IMG/VR virus record: IMGVR_UViG_3300022178_004478
Span: 1-38,528 of that record
From: a virus
Lineage: Duplodnaviria; Caudoviricetes
Length of the DNA: 38,528 nucleotides
Reading direction: 5' to 3' (one strand)
In this document: positions 29,173 to 35,288 of the stretch, in pieces
How the letters are laid out: each line of letters begins with the position of its first letter
How positions within the stretch are numbered: the stretch's first letter is position 1
Notes under the pieces: model-generated
What the model was told of the DNA's origin: nothing
The model's database searches: none
What the model saw: only the letters and a program-made list of their open reading frames with translations
Position numbers and translations under genes: made by a program

Positions 29173-29415
29173 TTAAACGTCCAGCAAATAGAAAGCTTGG
29201 TCTAGGTATTTGTCATACCCACTTTTATCACCGGATGCCTTAGCAAGACCCTTTGCCACCGAAGATACCATGTCATCAAAGTCACAGTGCAGTGGGGTTC
29301 TTGCAATTATTTTTGAGGCTGTTTCGATTTCAAGATAGTTACCGACCTCCTGAGCTAGGCCATGGTTGTCATTCAGTAGCTCCGCTATTTCTAATCCTTT
29401 ATTAATTATGTTCAT
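29173..29415 (-). CDS. Hypothetical protein
   Basis: 80-aa ORF ending 1 nt before the polymerase start. Confidence 0.6.
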   Translation of the reverse strand: MNIINKGLEIAELLNDNHGLAQEVGNYLEIETASKIIARTPLHCDFDDMVSSVAKGLAKASGDKSGYDKYLDQAFYLLDV

Positions 29416-29446
29416 AACTGTTAAACGTTTTTAGGTTTGAAGTGTT

Positions 29447-29477
29447 AAAAAATGCCCTCCTCGATTTGAGGAGGGCA
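29447..29477 (-). terminator. Intrinsic terminator after the SSB gene
   Basis: Stem TGCCCTCCTC / GAGGAGGGCA with a T6 tract on the - strand. Confidence 0.85.
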
Positions 29478-29490
29478 AAGTTTATAGATA

Positions 29491-30054
29491 CTAATCGAGC
29501 ATTGAATCGGAATCATCTTCGATATCATCGAAGACAGAACCAACGTCTACACGAGCTTCACCGAATGGGTCGCCATCCTTGACAAACTGTACGGCCAAGA
29601 GGTTTGCGTTGATACGCTTACCAAACTTGTTGTTTTGTGCCCACAGTGTAATAACTGCGTTAACATAACACCCAGGGTACATTTTGTTGTCATCCTCAGT
29701 CAATGGAACGGACTTAATCTTGTCCACAATCTGAGGTCGGTTTTTGTTTGATGCGGATACAAACATGATACCTTCACCAAAGCCATCCTTTGGAGAACCA
29801 TCATCATTTGTCTTCTCAGCACCGTCACGCAAGCAAACACCCTTGAGTGCTTTTGAGTTACCCTTGAAGTATTCCTTCACTAGTGAATCAATACCATCTT
29901 GGATACGTTTGATATCCTGTGCGTTTTCCTCTTTGTCCATAATGAACGTAGCGGAATACTTAGGATCTGTTTGTTCTCCACCAGCTCCTTGGAAGCTACT
30001 TGCCTTGAAAAGGCTAGGAAAAGAGAGGCGGACATTCTTGATTACGATTTGCAT
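29491..30054 (-). CDS. ssDNA-binding protein (DUF2815 family)
   Basis: NVRLSFPSLF, KYSATF, LRDG, YPGCYVNA and VQFVKDGDPFG motifs; acidic C-terminal tail. Confidence 0.88.
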   Translation of the reverse strand: MQIVIKNVRLSFPSLFKASSFQGAGGEQTDPKYSATFIMDKEENAQDIKRIQDGIDSLVKEYFKGNSKALKGVCLRDGAEKTNDDGSPKDGFGEGIMFVSASNKNRPQIVDKIKSVPLTEDDNKMYPGCYVNAVITLWAQNNKFGKRINANLLAVQFVKDGDPFGEARVDVGSVFDDIEDDSDSMLD

Positions 30055-30140
30055 ACTTATTATTTGTTATTGTTTTTTACTATTTATTGCCAGAGTGGCA
30101 ATGAGAGAGATACTTTATATTTAATTGTTGTCAAACACTT

Positions 30141-31376
30141 TTAGATATTTTCGAAGTTGTCAGTGATTTGTGTAATAATTGAATCACGTTCATCCTGGGC
30201 ATTTACAAGTATTGGCGAGCCTGGTTTGCGATCAGTTAAATCCTCAAAGCGATTCTTAAACCTAGTTGATAGAGTTTCTTTTTTGAGAAGCTTCTCAGCC
30301 TGTGCCAATGATATTAGTTTCTTGGTGTAGCGATCCTCAGACTTGATCTTAGTCTTAATAAGTTTGTCAGCCTCGGATTCGTTGGTCCACTTACGTTGAC
30401 CTCTATTACCCTGAACAATTTTTAAACCTTCTACCGGGAGACCTTTTAGTATTCTTTCTTTGGCATCGTCGGTTACAGAATTGACCCATTTAATTAAGTC
30501 TTTCCCATGGTTTACAACAGTAGCAATTTGTTTATCGCTTAGAGTCTCAAAGCTTGGGCCCACAAATTTATCAGTTGGCTCTTCTTTTAAATCTGAGAGT
30601 TGCGCAACCGCATCAATTGAAGCGCGGCTAAAATTATTTGTGGCATAATCAGCCCTTGCGGAACAAACACCTTTGGCAGGACAAAACTGACAACCCTCCT
30701 GGCTCGGATAGAAATCTAAGTCATGGCCCTCAGTAATATCTACAACGGCATTTGTAATTGGCTTACAGAACTCAATTAGTTCGCCTAGGTTTAGTGACCA
30801 AACACGGGTAGGGTTGTCACCCCTTGTGCGTGGTTGATGAATCGATATGATAACACTTGTGTCCGGAGTAAAATCAATTTCAGACCAGAGGTTTTCAATC
30901 AAAGACATAGCGTAGATTGCTAACTGTGAGTTGTCTTTGGCTTCAACCTCAACACCTTTACCATATTTTAGGTCTAAGATCTGAACGCTTTTCTGTGAAA
31001 CCACTGCGTAGTCAACTGTACCCGTGTCCTCAGGTTTGTAAAAGAGAGGTACGGAGCTTTCAATAAGCACCTTATCTCCTTCCTTCACAAGCCTCTTAGC
31101 TAGGTTTACATAGCTACCTACGGCCTCACACATCTCCTCGCCATCATAATCGCTCTCAAGTATCTCAGGGTGGAAAGGGATATCATCCAGGTCCATTAAA
31201 CCCTCGAGTACATTTGAAGCAAACTCATGAGCAAGGGTACCTTCCTCAGCATATGAAGAGGTGCCACCGAGTTTGATTCTGCCCTCGGCGGCTAACTCAT
31301 CGATAAAGCTTACGGACCTTGTGCATTCCATCCATCTCTTGGAGGCACTGGGTGCTAGTTTTGAGTGAGTGCTCAT
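30141..31376 (-). CDS. DUF2800 PD-(D/E)XK exonuclease (Cas4-like)
   Basis: HSKLAPSASKRWMEC, EEGTLAHE, GTVD, DLKYG, QLAIYA and CQFCP-x4-C. Confidence 0.88.
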   Translation of the reverse strand: MSTHSKLAPSASKRWMECTRSVSFIDELAAEGRIKLGGTSSYAEEGTLAHEFASNVLEGLMDLDDIPFHPEILESDYDGEEMCEAVGSYVNLAKRLVKEGDKVLIESSVPLFYKPEDTGTVDYAVVSQKSVQILDLKYGKGVEVEAKDNSQLAIYAMSLIENLWSEIDFTPDTSVIISIHQPRTRGDNPTRVWSLNLGELIEFCKPITNAVVDITEGHDLDFYPSQEGCQFCPAKGVCSARADYATNNFSRASIDAVAQLSDLKEEPTDKFVGPSFETLSDKQIATVVNHGKDLIKWVNSVTDDAKERILKGLPVEGLKIVQGNRGQRKWTNESEADKLIKTKIKSEDRYTKKLISLAQAEKLLKKETLSTRFKNRFEDLTDRKPGSPILVNAQDERDSIITQITDNFENI

Positions 31377-31774
31377 TAGTTTGGGCAGTCCTCAAGTTTA
31401 ATTCCAGCGGCATCCTCAAGATCTTTTAAGAATGAATCAATGTCCCCGGTAAAAGCTGTTAGGTTAGTTACACCATTCTTTTTTAATACCCCAGAAAGAC
31501 CAACTTTGTCTTTTTTCACTTTGATCATGTAGGTAGCAATAACACGGCAGTCCTCAATAGTTGCGGTTGATTTACTTTCAACTACTGGCTCCGGCTCTTC
31601 AACTACTGGCTCTGGCTCTTCAACTACTGGCTCCGGCTCTTGTACTACTGGCTCTGGCTCTTGTACCTTAACGATCAAAGGTTCAACCTGTTTAGTAACA
31701 GATGCATTTAAAAGTGCATCGGTGTTTCTTTCGAGTGCTTCAAGAAGCATTTGGATTTTATTTTCTAGTGACAT
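31376..31774 (-). CDS. Hypothetical protein with an EPEPVV(E/Q) repeat linker
   Basis: Likely ATG at 31774 (MSLENKI); typical position upstream of DUF2800. Confidence 0.7.
   Translation of the reverse strand: MSLENKIQMLLEALERNTDALLNASVTKQVEPLIVKVQEPEPVVQEPEPVVEEPEPVVEEPEPVVESKSTATIEDCRVIATYMIKVKKDKVGLSGVLKKNGVTNLTAFTGDIDSFLKDLEDAAGIKLEDCPN
31577..31666 (-). repeat. 21-bp tandem repeat (~4 copies) encoding EPEPVV(E/Q)
   Basis: TTCAACTACTGGCTCYGGCTC and variants on the + strand. Confidence 0.9.
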
Positions 31775-31794
31775 ATTTTTTATCTTGTTTGGTT

Positions 31795-33150
31795 TTATAT
31801 TAGTCCTTCTGAGAGAATGTTGAATGCCACTGCTGCACACTGCGGAACTTGTCCGTTACCAATGGCTTTAAGTCGGTCCACCCGATTGGCCACCCCATGA
31901 GCCACTCGACCCACGGCGGGTTCAGTTGTCCCGTCTGCTTCACCTTGTGCTTCTCGTTCACTTGCTCGCCCAAGTTCCCCTTGCCCCGATCCGTCAGCGC
32001 ATCCTTGTGCATGAAGCATCTCGGCGTTCCCCATTTCTGCTGGGTCTGTGTGCCAAAATCCATTGCAACCTTTTGCCCCAGCGTAGCTAGTCCGGGTCGC
32101 TTCACTCTGCTCGGTGGGACTGTTCCCATTGAGTCCTTCCAATCCCTTGCTAGTGGCGTAGGCCATCTCTTCACGGAGTCTGCTAGATTCAAGCTGTGAC
32201 TCGTCTTGCCGTTCTTTGATAATCTCCGACCAGTCTCCGTCAGGATTGCATCTGGATGCTCCGTCTCTTGACACGTCGGTGTAGGCCAAGTCTTCTGATA
32301 TTCCTTCCACGCATCCATTTGTTCTGGATGCACACAGTCCCGCAGGTTCGCTGGTCGGCTGCGCCCTGGTCTGGCCTGAGTCGCTTCCTTGTGTAGTGCC
32401 TTGGGACTCTTCGGTGGCAGCGTTTCCATCGTTGTTGGTGTCGGCCAAGTCTGATTTGGATTCACAGGGGATTTGTGCCAGTCCCAGCACGGCTTCTTTC
32501 CGCTGATCTGGACTTGCTCCTGTAATGTGCCTGGAGGCAACGTCTTCCTCCCAGTTGCTTCCCTTGCTTTCCCCTTCTTCTCCCACGACTCCGCACTTCT
32601 TAATGGAACTTGAATGCAAGTCGGACTCATCCAGTTCACATCTGTAGGCCAAGACCCACATTCTGTCGCGCTTGTGCGGCGCACCGACAGCCCCAGCTCC
32701 GATAATTCCCCATCGAGCATTATACCCCAGCGCGGCCAAATCTTCGAGGACAACTCCAAGTCCCCTAGTGCGAAGCAGTGGTGAGTTTTCGGCAAAGACA
32801 AATCGAGGCCGCATCTCGTCAATGAGTCGCGCATATTCCTTCCATAATCCCGAGCGTTCGCCGGTAATTCCTGCTCCTTTACCTGCCGCACTGATGTCTT
32901 GGCATGGGAACCCTCCGCAGAGAACATCAACTGTCCCCCTCCAAGGTTTTCCGTCGAGTGTACAGACATCGTCCCAGATGGGGAAGGTGGGTAGGATTCC
33001 GTCTCGCTGTCTGGCGAGGAGTACATCTCTTGGGTAGGATTCAATTTCGCAAGCTCCAATTGGATTGTGACCAAGTAGTAGGTCACCGAGAATTCCGCCT
33101 CCTGCCCCTGCGAAGAGGTGGAAAGTGTTGAGTTGTTTTGTGTATGCCAT
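31795..33150 (-). CDS. C5-cytosine DNA methyltransferase, alpha chain (motifs I-VIII and X)
   Basis: FAGAGG (I), GGFPCQDIS (IV), ENS (VI), PHKRDR (VIII), RLKAIGNGQVP (X). No recognisable motif IX; aa ~170-410 look disordered. Confidence 0.9.
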   Translation of the reverse strand: MAYTKQLNTFHLFAGAGGGILGDLLLGHNPIGACEIESYPRDVLLARQRDGILPTFPIWDDVCTLDGKPWRGTVDVLCGGFPCQDISAAGKGAGITGERSGLWKEYARLIDEMRPRFVFAENSPLLRTRGLGVVLEDLAALGYNARWGIIGAGAVGAPHKRDRMWVLAYRCELDESDLHSSSIKKCGVVGEEGESKGSNWEEDVASRHITGASPDQRKEAVLGLAQIPCESKSDLADTNNDGNAATEESQGTTQGSDSGQTRAQPTSEPAGLCASRTNGCVEGISEDLAYTDVSRDGASRCNPDGDWSEIIKERQDESQLESSRLREEMAYATSKGLEGLNGNSPTEQSEATRTSYAGAKGCNGFWHTDPAEMGNAEMLHAQGCADGSGQGELGRASEREAQGEADGTTEPAVGRVAHGVANRVDRLKAIGNGQVPQCAAVAFNILSEGLI

Positions 33151-33155
33151 GTCAT
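31800..33155 (-). CDS. C5-methyltransferase beta chain in an overlapping frame (five TRD-like modules plus a motif IX-like segment)
   Basis: 451 open codons; repeats WMSP/WPTP/WPTP/WPTP/WGTP, each closing with L-x-x-x-V; then GQLNPPWVEWLMGWPIGWT, resembling motif IX. The true start may be an internal Met. Confidence 0.75.
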   Translation of the reverse strand: MTWHTQNNSTLSTSSQGQEAEFSVTYYLVTIQLELAKLNPTQEMYSSPDSETESYPPSPSGTMSVHSTENLGGGQLMFSAEGSHAKTSVRQVKEQELPANARDYGRNMRDSLTRCGLDLSLPKTHHCFALGDLELSSKIWPRWGIMLDGELSELGLSVRRTSATECGSWPTDVNWMSPTCIQVPLRSAESWEKKGKAREATGRKTLPPGTLQEQVQISGKKPCWDWHKSPVNPNQTWPTPTTMETLPPKSPKALHKEATQARPGRSRPANLRDCVHPEQMDAWKEYQKTWPTPTCQETEHPDAILTETGRRLSKNGKTSHSLNLADSVKRWPTPLARDWKDSMGTVPPSRVKRPGLATLGQKVAMDFGTQTQQKWGTPRCFMHKDALTDRGKGNLGEQVNEKHKVKQTGQLNPPWVEWLMGWPIGWTDLKPLVTDKFRSVQQWHSTFSQKD

Positions 33156-33187
33156 TTTATTTGGTTGTTTTTAGTTATTATCTGTTT

Positions 33188-33219
33188 AAAAAAGTACCGC
33201 AGATTCCCCGCTGCGGTGC
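33188..33219 (-). terminator. Intrinsic terminator just upstream of the methyltransferase starts
   Basis: On the - strand: GCACCGCAG-cggggaat-CTGCGGTAC-TTTTTT. Confidence 0.75.
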
Positions 33220-33269
33220 CGGGTATTTCTCACTCACATTACCCCAAAGTGAGCAAGAAAAATTGAATG

Positions 33270-33305
33270 AGCTAATACGGAAACCGTTTATTGTAATCGT
33301 GTCAA
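33270..33305 (-). promoter_or_regulatory. Putative promoter (-35 TTGACA) facing the methyltransferase
   Basis: TTGACA on the - strand at 33305-33300 followed by ATAAACGGTTT; the -10 element is unclear. Confidence 0.45.
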
Positions 33306-33321
33306 GCAAAGGGTTGATTTT

Positions 33322-33576
33322 TTATTCTTCTAATCCCCAGGGGGTGCCACTTAAATCAATCCCCGACTGTATTGCTAACTGCACTAAAACTTCAGCAACT
33401 ACCTTGGCTCTATTTGAATTGTTTTCATACCCTGGTAATATCTCAAGTAGCTCGTCGCAAAGCATCTCGAACATTACCTCGGCACGTTCTTCATTTGGTT
33501 CTTCACTATGCATGAAAGACAATGCTTTGTTCATTAACAAGGTTGTTGCCTCCTCAGTTATTATTGTTTTTGCCAT
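33322..33576 (-). CDS. Hypothetical protein
   Basis: 84-aa acidic helical ORF overlapping the end of the upstream gene. Confidence 0.6.
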   Translation of the reverse strand: MAKTIITEEATTLLMNKALSFMHSEEPNEERAEVMFEMLCDELLEILPGYENNSNRAKVVAEVLVQLAIQSGIDLSGTPWGLEE

Positions 33577-33914
33577 AATTTTTTAACTTTTCCCCAATAT
33601 TTATCCGTGCAAGCTTTTTTGTAGCCATTGGGACCACCATTGTGGATCCTTGCGATGTCTTCAATTGTTGGCTCCCTGCCTAGTCTTTCCTTGGTTGCAT
33701 ATCGAGCCATGTAAGCCTCAAAGATCTGAATAGCCACATCCCTTTGAAAAGCATCCTCATGGATCCAATCTTTTCCGGCATGTTCGGCGGCATCCTGGAC
33801 GTATGCAGCATGCATCTGGAGGCAACCGTACGCTTTCCCGTCATCTCCTATTGCAAAGTCATTGCCACCGGATTCAATCGTTATAAGTGCTAGTATAAGT
33901 GTCATGTATGTCAT
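33561..33914 (-). CDS. Lysozyme-like / lytic transglycosylase-like protein (destabilase/i-type-like motif)
   Basis: IESGG (catalytic Glu), YGCLQM and ARIHNGGPNG motifs. Confidence 0.75.
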   Translation of the reverse strand: MTYMTLILALITIESGGNDFAIGDDGKAYGCLQMHAAYVQDAAEHAGKDWIHEDAFQRDVAIQIFEAYMARYATKERLGREPTIEDIARIHNGGPNGYKKACTDKYWGKVKKLWQKQ

Positions 33915-33917
33915 GGC

Positions 33918-34163
33918 TTAGCTTCTAAAGTGCTTCTCGATTTTATTAGACTCAACATATAAATCAAAGTCTCGGTTGAAGACAGCTCGGTGCGTAACCT
34001 GTAGCCACTGGCCTATGTGCTGCGGTGCAGTGTTGCGGTTCTGTCCATCTAACCCTGCCCTTGCCAGCCTGTCTTTAATCAACTGGTTTGCTTCGGGGTC
34101 AAGTGGTTTCTCGCCGTCATTAAGGTGGTGCATGTGATCGTTCTTTGTGTATTTCTTAGTCAT
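33918..34163 (-). CDS. Hypothetical protein
   Basis: 81-aa ORF, closely spaced within the early gene cluster. Confidence 0.55.
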   Translation of the reverse strand: MTKKYTKNDHMHHLNDGEKPLDPEANQLIKDRLARAGLDGQNRNTAPQHIGQWLQVTHRAVFNRDFDLYVESNKIEKHFRS

Positions 34164-34234
34164 AATGTGCGCCCTACCGGGCTGGTTGGTGGTTGTGTTG
34201 GATTTCCTTGACTTGATTTTACTTGAGCTGAAGG

Positions 34235-34471
34235 TTATCTAAATATTATTGTAAATCCAGAACCTTGATTTATTGGCAAGAAATTGTAGTCCATCCACTC
34301 ATCGGCTTCCTCGTTGCTCGTCCCCATAGCCATTAATTCTCTATACATTAAATTGTATTCATAGACTAGGTTGTTTTTTTGATCGTTACCAACTATGGCA
34401 CTGTCAAGCCCTGTGAATCGAATGGCCTCGGGGTTTGCACTTTCTAAGTAATATTCTGTATCTTTTATCAT
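34235..34471 (-). CDS. Hypothetical protein
   Basis: 78 aa; GLDSAIVG...VY...EEADEWMDYN pattern seen in small phage proteins; ATGA overlap with the upstream gene. Confidence 0.65.
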   Translation of the reverse strand: MIKDTEYYLESANPEAIRFTGLDSAIVGNDQKNNLVYEYNLMYRELMAMGTSNEEADEWMDYNFLPINQGSGFTIIFR

Positions 34472-34671
34472 AATATTTCAGTTAGTTCGCTGTTAATTTC
34501 CCCTTCACCATTTATCAAACCTGTGTCAATTAGATCCAAGGCCGTCCGTTGGTAGTAACCCTGGAGGTGATTTATCTGACCTGTTTTTATTAAATTGGAA
34601 AACAACTCAAGCACTTCCATGCTATTTAATTCCCCAGCTTCGAACTGCATCATTTTATCTAAGTTATCCAT
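34468..34671 (-). CDS. Hypothetical protein
   Basis: 67 aa; FEAGEL...LQGYYQRTA pattern. Confidence 0.65.
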   Translation of the reverse strand: MDNLDKMMQFEAGELNSMEVLELFSNLIKTGQINHLQGYYQRTALDLIDTGLINGEGEINSELTEIL

Positions 34672-34678
34672 TTTTCTA

Positions 34679-34966
34679 TTAGTTATACATGTAAGTTGCG
34701 ACTTCGGATTCGATCATGTTCACATCCGTAAATGTGAGATGATTCATTACTGGGCCGTTCAATTTGAAAAAATCCTCAGTGTCTGGGTCATAGATTTTTG
34801 CATCAACAATATCCACATGCTCAATTTCGATTTCTTCCCAGCTTTCTACACCTCTGTGTGTGTCACATTTACATTCCTTGCTGTAATAATAAACATCAAC
34901 TTGCACAGTGGCATTTCCGATGCTGAGTTCTACTTCTACTTCAATTGATTTGTATTTTTCTTCCAT
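34679..34966 (-). CDS. Hypothetical acidic protein
   Basis: Likely ATG at 34966 (MEEKYK) after an A-rich leader; the longer track start overlaps the upstream gene. Confidence 0.6.
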   Translation of the reverse strand: MEEKYKSIEVEVELSIGNATVQVDVYYYSKECKCDTHRGVESWEEIEIEHVDIVDAKIYDPDTEDFFKLNGPVMNHLTFTDVNMIESEVATYMYN

Positions 34967-34985
34967 GGTTGTTTTCTTTTTATGT

Positions 34986-35228
34986 TTATTTTTGTAGGCA
35001 AAGATTAAGAGCAGATGATACTCCCTTTGCATTGGCTCCGGCTCGACGCATTGCAAGGGCAAACATCTTAGCAACATCTTCGTTGCCTTTACTTAGCTGA
35101 GAAAGCATCGACCAATACCTACCGTAGTGGTCTTTGGTTGTTTTAATGCTGGCCTCCACCTCATTTACAAAGGGTGAAAAATCTTCGGCGAGATCGTTTA
35201 GTAGTTTTTCTTTTTGTTCGTTTGTCAT
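34986..35228 (-). CDS. Hypothetical protein
   Basis: 80-aa ORF downstream of a TTGACT element at 35291-35296. Confidence 0.6.
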   Translation of the reverse strand: MTNEQKEKLLNDLAEDFSPFVNEVEASIKTTKDHYGRYWSMLSQLSKGNEDVAKMFALAMRRAGANAKGVSSALNLCLQK

Positions 35229-35288
35229 ATTTATCTTGGTTAATTTTTTCTGGTTAAGTGAAGCAACATAAAAAACCGATTTTAGGTT

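Noticed and set aside
30141-31376. Cas4-like nuclease as evidence of a CRISPR system
   Set aside because: It sits in the standard DUF2800-DUF2815-PolA replication context, with no cas1/cas2 or array.
31795-33155. MTase as a frameshifted pseudogene or sequencing error
   Set aside because: Both frames are open end to end, and the motif IX-like segment and the run-up to motif X overlap on the same nucleotides; a single indel cannot explain this.
33125-33586. 153-aa + strand ORF across the MTase leader
   Set aside because: TTG start, antisense to three - strand genes, no recognisable motifs, and it spans a terminator.
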